DNA of 64,000 bases from Callorhinchus milii (Eukaryota): positions 1-64,000 of the forward strand of contig NW_024704840.1 of assembly GCF_018977255.1 (NCBI RefSeq), given 5' to 3'. Both the position numbers and the translations under genes were made by a program. The notes under the pieces are model-generated. The model saw only the letters and a program-made list of their open reading frames with translations, made no database searches and was not told the origin of the DNA. Within the stretch, counting starts at the first letter, position 1; every line of letters starts with the position of its first letter. This document shows, in pieces, positions 50,346-62,234 of this stretch.

Positions 50346-50707
50346 CACAGTGCTGTATCTGGCCTTCAGCTAATACAAGAAGCTCCTTGAACAATTCAAA
50401 GGATAAACAGAGAGACTGTGAACTTGCAATAAATTCAAAGCACATTCATCATTTGTGTTTGATGCACAATGATGTTTAATAACACTTCTTTTAGGAAACA
50501 ACAATTACTTATGGGTACGTCGGAAAAGAATGTCGGTATGTATGCACATCGGAAATCTTCTATGATTCACATAACTAATAATTTATTCCAAGAGACACGC
50601 GGCATATCAAGTCCAACTATCACAATATTCAATAGATTGTTAAATGCTGTGTCATTGATTGACCATTTGTGAACGGCTGACACATTTCAACAGTTTCTCA
50701 AACCATT

Positions 50708-50779
50708 GGTTTTGGAATTTACCATAAACACTGTGTTGGGATTGGGACGATCACATTGGCAACCATCAGCACAAATACT
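50708..50779 (+). other. NARTCR: NAR-TCR D segment (50736-50751, TTGGGATTGGGACGAT) flanked by 12/12 RSS
   Basis: GGTTTTGGA 50708-50716, 12 bp, CACTGTG 50729-50735; D; CACATTG 50752-50758, 12 bp, ACAAATACT 50771-50779. Confidence 0.9.
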
Positions 50780-51095
50780 GTGCAACTGTTTTCTTGGAAA
50801 CACATGAGACTTGATCACTGACAACCGTGTACTATTTAATGCTCCTGAATGTGTCGACACTTTGCTTTCAAAATTACTTATTTCAAACGGACATTTCTGG
50901 ATTTATTTGTAGAGAGGTGTTCTTTGTGCCGTACACTTTGTCTCTGTTTGGGAGGAAATAATATTGAAAATAAACATGTTTTATACAAAAGAATAGTACG
51001 AAGATGGAACCACTGGTGAATCGGTAAGCATTAATGGCCAATTTGTCAGTGTTTGTTTGCGTTAGTGACAGTGTTAAACAGCGATCTGACAGAAC

Positions 51096-51187
51096 AGTTT
51101 TTGCGCCTCAGAGAATGAGAGTTGTGTGACTGTGGTTCTTTAACGAAGACGGATCAGGAACCAAAGTAATTGTAACAAAAAGTGAGT
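51096..51187 (+). other. NARTCR: NAR-TCR J segment (51135-51181) with 23-RSS and phase-1 splice donor
   Basis: AGTTTTTGC 51096-51104, 23 bp, GACTGTG 51128-51134. Coding FFNEDGSGTKVIVTK+A (xGxGT motif). Donor GTGAGT 51182-51187. Confidence 0.9.
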
Positions 51188-51246
51188 GAATCAATAATCG
51201 ATCGAAATTAATTGAAATTAAAAGAAACGAAAAGCAACTGGCGAAG

Positions 51247-51523
51247 NNNNNNNNNNNNNNNNNNNNNNNNNNNNNNNNNNNNNNNNNNNNNNNNNNNNNN
51301 NNNNNNNNNNNNNNNNNNNNNNNNNNNNNNNNNNNNNNNNNNNNNNNNNNNNNNNNNNNNNNNNNNNNNNNNNNNNNNNNNNNNNNNNNNNNNNNNNNNN
51401 NNNNNNNNNNNNNNNNNNNNNNNNNNNNNNNNNNNNNNNNNNNNNNNNNNNNNNNNNNNNNNNNNNNNNNNNNNNNNNNNNNNNNNNNNNNNNNNNNNNN
51501 NNNNNNNNNNNNNNNNNNNNNNN
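51247..51523. other. Assembly gap in the NAR-TCR J-to-supporting-V intron
   Basis: 277 N. Confidence 1.
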
Positions 51524-52537
51524 TATGTTTTATTCCACAATTGAAACTGCATTGAGCTGCTCACAGACTGAGAGAGAAACTGATATTGGCAGCAAACCAT
51601 AGAATAAACCTCCTTCAGCAGCGGTCTTAAAGTAAAGATATTTACAGCAGGAAATTCTCCAGTTGCCTCAACTGTAAACCCGCAGAGTTAACGGTACAGT
51701 CTGACATCTGATTCTTTGCTAAACATTCCCATGATCACAGACACCCAAAGCCTCAATGTGGATAATCAGCTTCAGCAAACAAATATATGATTAGAGGAAC
51801 AAATCTAAATTAAATGGTGCATTTAAGAGAGATCATGTCAATTGTGTGGCACGAATAGTCACACTGTTTGTGCTTGCATTAAAATCTGGTTCATATTTGG
51901 AGCGGATATGCTGGAGCAGAGCACTGTATACTTAATCCATTCAGAATTTCTTAATTTCACTGTTACAACAGGAATCCTTATATTTGGTGAAAAGAATTTC
52001 ACGTACAAATTACGAATGATGCCAACGCCTTCGAGAAGGAGTCAAATGGTTTTACCATAGTGATTTCAGGGAAGAGTGGCTTCATTTATGTGAAGAGTCT
52101 ACTGTCTGGCAATGTTCTCCGTAGAGCAGCGAAGGTTGAGAGGAGATTTAATTCAAATTTTCAAAATTGTGAAAGGATTTCGATAGGGGTAGATGAGGAG
52201 AAAGTGCTTCCGCAGTCCAGTGAATCAGTTTCCAGAGGACACAAGTGTAAATTAAACGGTAAAAGAACCAGACGGGAGATGAGGAAAATTTTGTTTACCT
52301 GCAAAGATTTTACAACCTGCAATGCACTGCCTAAAATTGTACTGCAAACAGATTGTATCATAACCCTCAAACTGGAATTGGAAGAAATACGATACAACGC
52401 TTCGGGTTAAAAGAATGGGATTGGAAGTAGATGGGCTGCTCTTTCACAGAGAAGGTAAAGGCAGTGTTGGCCGAGTAGCCACTTTTTGTGCTATAAGATA
52501 CTATGATTCTAAGTAACTTGAAATTAAAACCCCACAG

Positions 52538-52839
52538 GATCGAGTAATGCAGTTTGCCAGACACAGCCTCAACAAGCGGCTTTTGCTGGTGAGACCGTTT
52601 CATTGCATTGCAAATATATATTATTCAGTGAAGAATATTTCATCATCTACTGGTACCGTCAGTCCCACAGCGAGACACTGACATACCGGCTCCAAAGAAA
52701 ACCCGCAGGAGAGGGAGGAAACCCCGCCGGAGATCGTATTTCTGCTTTTCTTGACACTGCCAAGAAAATCAGCGTTTTAACCATCGCCGACCTGCGGGTG
52801 ACAGACTCCGCTATGTATCACTGTGCACTCAGTCTGCAC
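52538..52839 (+). CDS. NARTCR: Supporting TCR-delta V exon of NAR-TCR (apparently leaderless)
   Basis: Acceptor cccacAG 52536-52537, in frame with the J donor: (R)SSNAVCQTQPQQAAFAGETVSLHC..IYWYRQ..DSAMYHCALSL. RSS CACAGTG 52840-52846, 23 bp, ACAATAACC 52870-52878. No leader seen in the sequenced part of the J-V intron. Confidence 0.88.
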
Positions 52840-53029
52840 CACAGTGATACACATCATAGGAAGCCTCGTACAATAACCCTCATCACAACCAAAGCTGGGA
52901 AACAGTACAGTACAGTCAGTGATAGTCAGTGTAACAAACCCTCTCCCAACCGCCACCGTGGCTTACATCTGATTGAGTTCATATCAAGTCAATCTAAAAT
53001 CTTTAACCTGGAAACGTGTTACAACATTG

Positions 53030-53510
53030 AATTCACTGCCTGAAAGGGTGGTGGAACAAGATTCCATAATAGCTTTCTGAAGGGAATTGGACGGGTACTC
53101 ACTTAGGATAATAAACTAAATGCAGCGCTATTGGGAAAGAGTGGGATCCATTGCTTAGCTCTTTCACATCATCTTCCCGGTCAGATCTTAAAGACAAGCC
53201 AAACATAGTAGCAGCAGTGAATATGTTGAATAATTAACACTCCTTGGATTTCACATAGCTCCTTTTCACGACGTCGAGGTGTCTCAAAGTGCTTCACAGA
53301 AAATATAGTTAAGTGAATTGACTGTATATATTCCCTGCGAATTTCGAAAGCCAAATACGCATAGCATTGTCCCACAAACAATCACAGATCAGTGATGATC
53401 AATTATCATTATTATTTTTGTTTGAAGGAATTATTACTCAGTAAATTATTTGGTGGCATAGAGCAGAAACATTGGACGGAATGGCTTCCTTCTCTTCTGT
53501 TATAATCCAC
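53030..53510 (+). mobile_element. CR1-type LINE 3' fragment interrupted by a SINE tail
   Basis: CACTGCCTGAAAGGGTGGTGGAA..AAGGGAATTGGA, followed by a degenerate ..GAATGGCTTCCTTCT tail. Confidence 0.6.
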
Positions 53511-53709
53511 GATCCTGTGGTTCTCTGTTTCTAATCGAACACATATAATTCATCGGAAATTGGAATGTGTTTCTCAGCACATGCACACTTCGCACTTTAC
53601 TTTTTGAACGACATAAATAAAAGCACACATTATCACTGCCTGGGCTGGAGCTAATCACCTCAAATACCTCACAGGTAATCCATGGGCATCTGCAGATAGA
53701 ACTGAGACG

Positions 53710-54410
53710 ATGGGAAGAATTAAGATCCTGTTGGCCCTCGCTGATTTAATGATAGTTAATCAAATAAGGCCAATCGCCAAAGTTTCGGGCAATGTTCAAC
53801 ATTGATTGCATAGCTTTTATCAGTGGAATCATGTAGCTCAGTGTTCAGAGCGCCCACTCCGCCAGCGAGAGACCCAAGTTGACTACCTGTAGGCCACAAT
53901 ATTGGGCAAGTTTCCTCACTCCACCCACAGCATAATGAACCTGATTGTTATTCTATCGACTAAAAAGGCGGTTCGCATTTCAGGTTCAATAATGCCTTCA
54001 AAAACAATTCATGATAAATTGATCACTTAATCCATGACTAGTTTGTGAGCCACTGGTTTGCGCAATTGACTGCAGCGTTTCGAATGCAAAATGTATTCAA
54101 CTCACTTTACAGTGTATTCTGTGAAGCTCTATGGGATGTCTGGAAGACTTCGTAAGGCGCTGTATAAAATGTCAGTATTAATTATTGATTAAATCTGTTT
54201 TTTATTTTAAACNTTTTTTCCGGTCTGACCAGTGGAGATTGCATTACCCATACGGTGCCTTCAGTGACCAAAACAGAAGGGGAACAAATGGCTTTGTACA
54301 GTACCTAATTTGCATCGCTGATTGGCTATTGATTCTACTGGTACCGACTGAGCAAAGCTTTAGAGGTTACTCCAACTCTGAAGCCGATTTCGGTCAATCT
54401 CGTTTGATTC
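53710..54410 (+). pseudogene. Degenerate TCR V relic (leader plus 5' V exon)
   Basis: Leader-like MGRIKILLALADLMI+G at 53710 with a mutated donor, resembling the V15 leader. Exon-like GLTSGDCITHTVPSVTKTEGEQMALYST*..FYWYR..SEADF from 54223 with stops and a CG acceptor. No RSS found. Confidence 0.6.
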
Positions 54411-55864
54411 GAATGAACGAATTGAAAATTTCCGATTTCACATCAATTAAATTCATTTGCACAAACAGCATCTGACAGTTTTCTCTCTTGCAGTTCAACA
54501 GCTGATCTTTCACTTTCAAAGACAAAAAGATCTGCTCCACCTGTGGACAACAGAGATATTGCAGACTGGAGAATGGCTTCCTTATCTGATCGTAATGTTC
54601 TCAAAACCCGACATGACACCAGGGCTGGGGTACTCAAAAGTTAACTCTTTATTACTCGAAGCAACGCAAAGTTCTGGACAGATAAGGCACAATAGTGGAA
54701 CATTTTGCTTTATTCGCCACAATTTTGGAAAGATGTATTTCATTCAAGATTGATTATTAATCAGAATATACTCCAAATATTTCTATTGTGTACACATCTA
54801 TGGAAAAACAATGGAATTTCTATTATCAGCTTTGAAAAAATTGTTTACTGATTGACGCAAGAGTAGTACTGAAAATATATTATATAGTTAAGTGCCATTG
54901 GACATTTAATTTCCATCTGAAAAATCAGCCAGATCTCAGTTGAACGTTTCATGCAAAGGTCCGCACCTCCAGCGATGTAACACAGCCCCATCACTGCATT
55001 AGAAATCTAGTTAAGACAATGTGATTCCATGTCCCAATATGGGCTTGAACCAACAAACTGCTGACCCAGAGGTGAGATTGATTCCACTGAGTAAGGCTGG
55101 GACGTACTGTCCTATGAAAATTTCTGTTATCCATCATGTCCAGGATTTTTCTAGGATTCATAATTTCCTTTATACACATCCCATCAGTTAATAATACACA
55201 ATGTCTGAATCTATTTACGTGTGACTGACATACAGGGTTTACAGGGTTCCAGTTTTCTCAAATAAAATTTTCGAATGAGGTATCGTTGAAATAACGTCAA
55301 TCTGCATAATAAGTTGTACAGATCCTTTCAATAATGTATTCAGATATGTAATGTTTTGTGCTACAATGGTGAGGAATGGTACTATATATTTCAGTTGGAT
55401 TTGCGAATGACTGTGTCAGTGTATCTACTGGAAGCATGGAACTATAGAATATTTTGTTTGTTTGTAATTTGTAAGACTATTGATCTGCATTAATATCAGT
55501 GAGTCTATGAATCTGTGTACAAACAGGAACCCGATAATCCATTTTCATGACTGATTAACTCTACATGAATATCAAGTTTATACATGTGTAAGTAATACTT
55601 TTGTGTGTGTGAAAACGTTTCTGAGTTTTTCTTATGTTTAGGGCTGTTTATACAATCAACAAATGTTCTTGTAAAAAATAATAATGTGGTCACTCAATCA
55701 ACAAACGTTGGTGGGACGATGCTCTCCGACATTTGGTGCCGCATTTACCCAAAATAATATGCAATCAATTCATTTTAAAGTATATTCTGTGAAGAGCTAT
55801 GAGATGTCCCCTAAGACGTGATAATGCACTGAATCAAGCGCAATAATTATTATTAGAATAGCTA

Positions 55865-56640
55865 GAACAGGCCTGTTATACAGAGACAACGCCTATGCTA
55901 CAGAGACCAGGCCTGTTCTACAGAACCAGGCCCTGTAATATGGAGAGATTGCCTGTGATAACAGACCCGGCCTTCTATACACACACAGGCCCGAGAAACA
56001 CAAACCAAGCTTGATTTACAGATAACCTGCTCTGCAGAGACCAGACATATTATACAGAGACTAGGCCTGTTATACAGAGACCAAGTCTGTTATACAGAGT
56101 CCAGAGCTGCTGTGCAGAGACCAGGCCTGTGATGCAGAGACTAGGCATGTTATATAGATGACCAGGCCTGTTATAGATTAACCATGCCTGGTATGCAGAA
56201 AGCAGGCCTGTTAATCATTGACTCGACATGTGATGCAGAGTCTAGGCAAGTTATATATGGAAGAGGCCTGTTTTACAGGGACGGGAAAATTTATACAAAG
56301 ACCAGATTCGTTATGCTGAGGTCAGGCCTGTTGTGTAGATAATCGGCCTGTTATAGAGTGACCAGGCCTGTAATGCAGAGAACAAGCCTGTTATACAGAA
56401 GCCAGGCCTATTATACTGAAACATGCCTTTTATACAGAGACTAGGCCTGCTAAACAGTGACCAGGCCTGTTATCAGAAACGAGGTCTGTTACACAGATAC
56501 CAGGCCTTCTAAAAAGTGACCAGATTTGTTATGCAGCGAACAGAGNTTTTTTACAGCAACCAGGCTTATTATACAGACACCAGGCCTACTATCAGAGACT
56601 AGGCCTTTTACACATGCACCAGGCAAGTTATACAGAGAAC
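55865..56640. repeat. Degenerate 20-bp tandem repeat (TACAGAGACCAGGCCTGTTA); further block at 57512-57720
   Basis: Period 20 with an AGGCCT palindrome; 57540-57700 duplicates ~56560-56720. Confidence 0.9.
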
Positions 56641-57188
56641 AGAACCAAACACAATAATTGCAGATGCCGGAACCTGAAACAGAAACAGAGAGAGCTCCTA
56701 TAAGAGATCAGGCCTGTTATATAGATACCGGATATGTTATAATGAGCACAGACCTGATATACAGAGAGCTCTCTCTGATTTTGTACACGGAGACCAGTCC
56801 TGTTTCAGGCATAACCAAAACCAATTGTACAATAGCAATCTCTTTTTGGTAAATATTCAGGTGAACAAACTGTCAGATATGGTTAATTGCAGACAATCAT
56901 TCAGTCAGAACAGCAGTTGGAGTTCAACGGTGGAGCTGACGAAGGCAGTTGTGTGTCACTAGTATTGGGGAGGTGCACCTCATGTCTGTGAAATATATTG
57001 ATCTGTGGGAAATTTTAGATAGTGAAGAGGAAAGGGCCTCGGATGAATTTCTGAAGAGCTACTCTAATGTATGTTTGGAAACAGCAGAAGGAGCCATTTC
57101 AAATGCCTAAAAAGTAATGCTAGAATAAGTAAGATTTAAACTAGGATAGGACAGAATCTTGAAAGTGGAGCAGAGAGCTGCTGCTTCT

Positions 57189-57511
57189 AACAATAATAAT
57201 AATCACTGCATTTGATACAGTGCTTTTCACATTGGGAGGCCGTCCCAAAGCGCTTCACAGAACACACAGTAAAGTGAATTGACTGCATATTTGTGGGCGA
57301 ATGCGGCAGCCAATTGCGCACAGCAATGTCACACAAACAGTCGTCTATGGAAAATGACCAATTTATTATTGTTTTGGGTTTTGGAGGGATTATTATTAGG
57401 CTCTGTGTGGAGTAAGGAAACTTGCCCAAGGTTTCGCCCTTTGCCTGGAATTGAACTCAGGTCTCTTGCTTGCAAAGCGAGCGCTCTAACCACTGAGCTA
57501 CAGGACTCCAC
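57189..57511 (-). mobile_element. Young full-length tRNA-derived SINE
   Basis: Same family, near-identical. Confidence 0.9.
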
Positions 57512-58718
57512 TGTGCAGAGAACAGACCTTTTTTACAGCAACTAGGATTATTACACAGAGACCAGGCCTACTATCAGAGACTAGGCCTTTTACACATGCA
57601 CCAGGCAAGTTATACAGAGCTGAGAACAAAACACAATACCTGCAGATGCTGGAACCTGAAACAAAATAGAGATACAGATAGAGCTGCTATAAGAGGTCAG
57701 GCCTTTTATACAGAAGCCTGGAATTGAATCCTTCTTTGGTCAACCGAGATATTGCAGGCTGCAGAATAGCTTCCGTATCTGATTGTTATGTTCTCAAAAG
57801 CCGTCAAGGCAGCAGTGCTGGGGATTGTATTTCTTTCTGCATTGAATAGCCTTTTTCATCATTTAAGATGGTCACAATATCAGCACAGAGTGTCTCAGAG
57901 TGCTGGACGGGATATAGTGTAAAGTGTTCTTTTTCCAATCATGTTTTGTGCAGCAATGTACCACACACAGCAGTAGAGAGAGTAACACATATGGTGGGGT
58001 ATTGGAAAAAGGAAGGTTAAACTCCCTTAACTTTGGAACCGTACCTTAGATTAATGATACACGTTTCATCCAGAAATATACAGTCAACTCACTTTGCAGT
58101 GTATTCCGTGAAGCGCTTTCAGATATCTGGAAGACATGAAAAGCGCTATATCAAATGCCAGGATTACTATTAATATTAACATCACACAACATATGCTCAG
58201 AGGGCATCTCAGATAAGCATATGTTCGGAACTCAGAAATTCTGACAAAGCAGCTCTTCCCCATCTCTGCAGCTGGGTGACCGTCGAGGGAATAACAGTTT
58301 CCAGTCCGACATATACACCATTATAAGCCATTCGGATATTATGGCATTGACCATTTCCAACATTGTGTTTGCACTTCAACCCAAAATATTCTAAATCAGA
58401 GGCGTAAAAGAGCGTCACTTACAGAGCCAGGATGAAAGTGTCAATTAATAATGATATTCGCTTGAAATTTGAATGGAACGTAATGCTGATATGGACAAAT
58501 GAAGGCAAACTGTATTTGTCGATGAGTGTAAATCATTTTACAAAGGTCACTTGCAGAGTGGGGAGGCAAATGGTCTCTGGGATGTGATACCAGAGAGTGG
58601 GGGCAGATAGTTTGAACGCCCAATGGCGTGATTGGCAGTACAGGGCAGCGGACATTGAAGAGGCGAAGGGATGAATCGGATGAGTTCATGGGGTGTAAGG
58701 AGTTTGGGCAGTTTAGCA

Positions 58719-59033
58719 GTGTAGCTCAGTGGTTAGAGCACTCGCTTTGCAAGCGAGAGACCTGAGTTCAATTCCAGGCAGAGGGCGAAACCTTGGGCAA
58801 GTTTCCTTACTCCACACAGAGCCTAATAATAATCCCTCCGAAACCCAAAACAATAATAAATTGGTCATTTTCATTCTACGACTGTTTGTGGGACATTGCT
58901 GTGCTCAATTAGCAGCCCCGTTTGCCCACAAATGTACAGTCAATTCACTTTACAGTGTGTTCTGTGAAGCGCTTTGGGACGTCCTCCCGACGTGAAAAGC
59001 GCTATATCAAATGCAAGGATTATTATTATTATT
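58719..59033 (+). mobile_element. Young full-length tRNA-derived SINE
   Basis: Same family, near-identical. Confidence 0.9.
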
Positions 59034-61204
59034 ACCAGCTGATCTTTCATATTGAAGTGCGGAAATATCTGCTCCCCTGTGGCCACCCGAGGTACTGCAG
59101 AGTGGAGACAGGCTTTCTTATCTGATTGTAATGTTGTCAAAAGCCGACAAGATAGCAGGGCTGGGGATCTCTTAAGTTAACTCTTATTACTCGAAGCAAA
59201 CGAAAGTTCTGGGCAGGCAAAGCAAAACAGTACAAACATCGTGCTTTATTTTGGAAATTTTTCTAAATATTTACAATATATTCTATACTATTTTACAGTA
59301 TACTCTGTGAAGCACATCGTGATGTCCCGAAGATTTGATAATGTGCTATATCAAATCCAATGAACATTATGATAATAGTTGGACCAGGGCTGTTTTACAG
59401 TGACTTTGATTGTTATTCAGAGACCATTGACCTTCACTTGGAGTTCGAATCAAAGTTATTGTCCGTACGGACAAATGAAGGCAAGAAATATTTTGGCGAA
59501 TAGTGTAAACCAATTGACAACGATCAGGGTAATGTATACAATGATATGGGGGTGAGCATCACTGCTTACTAGTTGTTTTTCGTGTAGTTCGGTTTAAATG
59601 TTAGTACATCCCAGTCTAAAGAGGGAAGATTACAATAAAAAGTCATTTTAATTGTAAGAAGTTTCGAGGGCCATGTGAGAACAGTGTTAAACCAAATTAA
59701 GTAAATATTATAACCATTTGAATTCGTGTTAATTCGCCACTGACCGGTAGAATAGGCCTAATATGTTTTATCAAATATTTGTTCCGATGAGTTAGCTTTG
59801 GTGGGTAGACATGTGGGGTGTGAACCCGACACCCATGTGAGCACATTGTCGCCTGAGTTTTAAATCTACAGAGCTTTGATCTACAGTGTTTCAGAGGCCT
59901 GTAATTACAGCACAGCAACTGTCTTAAATGTTCTATTTGCGCTACATATTTTGTTCTTTGCTGCTACATTATTTGCGTTATTTGACATGTTTCAAGTTGC
60001 AATAATAGTGGATTTAGACAACTCGATCTAATGTGTTGATTTTGCCGCTACTTATTTCAACCACAATCCCAGGTCCTGCTGCAAAACAACAGAAATTCTT
60101 GGTGTAGGCCGTGTCGACTAAAATCCNTTTTTTTAACACTGTGTATGATCTGCCTCTGCAGCTTCCGCTCTCGTCCCCCAACCTCCTACCCCTACACCTC
60201 CACACCCCAACAAATGACATCACCCAAGCTGCCATCCCCCGTCTCTTTCTCTCTCTCACACACAAGCACTATTATTATTATTATTATACATTATTAAGGA
60301 CGGAATTTATTTCTAGCTCCACATCCAGAACCTTCAGCAAAGCACCAGAAACTGCAGGGCGCAGCCTGTGCCAAGTCAAAATAAATTTATGTTAACTCTC
60401 CTGATAATCTGTCGCTTTAGCTTTCGCAGTCAGTCCCACTCTTTCTTCTCTATATGTCTCTCTCGCACACACACACACACAAACACACATACTTGTCTCA
60501 AGCAGAAAACCAGCAGCAGCTCAGATGTAATCTGACAGCAGTTGCAATGGTAACTCTTTCAAACACAAAAAGTCAGCACAGAACTTTAGTAATTTATAGC
60601 TCAGAATAAAGTCATTTGGAATATGTGTGATCAAATGATGGTTACACTTAATTACATGAGGTGGTTCTGGCGGGCAGACGTATGGACTGTGAGCACAACT
60701 CGGATGTTAGGGAAATTGGGCCTCTGAGGTTTAAATTTCAAAGTAATTTGATCTCCAGTGTTTGCGATGCCTGCAGTTATAGCACAGAAACGTCGGGAAA
60801 TTTATTTTCTGCTCATAACGTTAGTATTATTAACAGTGGATATGGATAAATACCCCCCAACCCCCACCACGGTCTCTTTCTCTCTCACACACACATGCAA
60901 ACACAGGAAACACTCAGCCGGATGAGATGTTATCGGATATCAGTTGCCATAGTCACTCTTTACTTCTCAGAGAGGGATCACTGTGTGTGGAGCGTTTGCA
61001 AAACAGAAGAGAGACATTTGTTGGAGAGGTCTTTGAATGTATGACGTGTTTTGTCCGTCTCACTTGCCTTTCCCTGTACCACTGGATGTTAGTTCTGATT
61101 CACAAAGGAGAGACAATATTAAAGTGAGGTTATTTCAGAGAGTCTGAAGCGAACTATATAAAATATTAAACTGCATTCCCCCTGAAACAGACAACCACAC
61201 AGCA

Positions 61205-62215
61205 GCACAGACACTGAAGCTCAGAGCCTCAGGAGGCCATGGGTACCCAGGGCAGAGACAGTGGAGCTCAGAACCTCAGGAGGCCACGGGTACCCAGGGC
61301 AGAGCATAGACATTAGGGCACAGAGCCTCAGGAGGCCATGGGTACCCAGGGCAGGGCAGAGACATTGGAGCTCAGAACCTCAGGAGGCCACGGGTACCCA
61401 GGGCAGGACACAGATATTGGAGCTCAGTGTCTCAAGAGGCCACGAGTACCAAGGGCAGGGCACAGACATTGAATCTCAGAGCCTCAGGCGGCCACGAGTA
61501 CCAAGGGCAGGGCACAGAGATTGGAGCTCAGAGCTTCAGGAGGCCACGGGTACCTATGGGAAGGGCACAGACATTGGAGCTCAGAGCCTCAGGAGGCCAC
61601 GAGTACCCAGGGCAGGGCACAGAGATTGGAGCTCAGAGCCTCAGGAGGCCACGGGTACCGAGGGCAGAGCCCAGACATTGAAGCTCAGAGCCTCAGAAGG
61701 CCACGGGTACACAGTGCAGAGCGCACACATTGGAGCTCAGAGCTTCAGGAGGCCACGGGTATCCAATGCAGAGCATAGACATTGGAGCTCAGAGCCTAAG
61801 GAGGCCACGGGTACCCAGGACAGGGCACAGACATTGGAGCTCAGACCCTCAGGAGGACACGGGTACCCAGGGCACAGCGCACACATTGGAGCTCAGATCC
61901 TTAGGTGGCCACGGGAACACAAGGCAGGGCAGAGACATTGGGGCTCAGAGCCTCAGGAGGCCACGGGTACAGAGGGCAGAGCACAGATATTGGAGCTCAG
62001 AGCCTCAGGAGGCCACGGATGCACAGGGCAGAGCACAGACATTGGAGCTCAGAGCCTCAGGAGGCCACGGGTACAGAGGACAGAGCACAGACATTGAAGC
62101 TCAGAGCCTCAGGAGGCCACGGATGCACAGGGCAGGGCACAGACATAGGGGCTCAGAGCCTCAGGAGGCCACGGGTACAGAGCTCAGAGCACAGACATTG
62201 GAGCTCAGAGACTGT
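61205..62215. repeat. 52-bp G-rich minisatellite, ~19 units
   Basis: Unit CACAGACATTGGAGCTCAGAGCCTCAGGAGGCCACGGGTACCCAGGGCAGGG; period 52 (61566, 61618). Confidence 0.95.
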
Positions 62216-62234
62216 GGAGTTGAAGGACAATCAA

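Noticed and set aside
51524-52537. Search for a leader exon for the supporting V
   Set aside because: No hydrophobic ATG-initiated phase-1 exon was found in the sequenced part; the 277-N gap remains unexamined.
58205-58700. Possible decayed exon (RRKRA, VFVDECKSFYKGHL motifs; ADAM-propeptide or DDE-like guesses)
   Set aside because: Many stops, and the motifs sit in different frames; no family can be supported without a search.
60922-60970. Leader-like ORF MRCYRISVAIVTLYFS+G
   Set aside because: No GT donor follows and no V exon or RSS was found downstream. It could be a relic but is unsupported.
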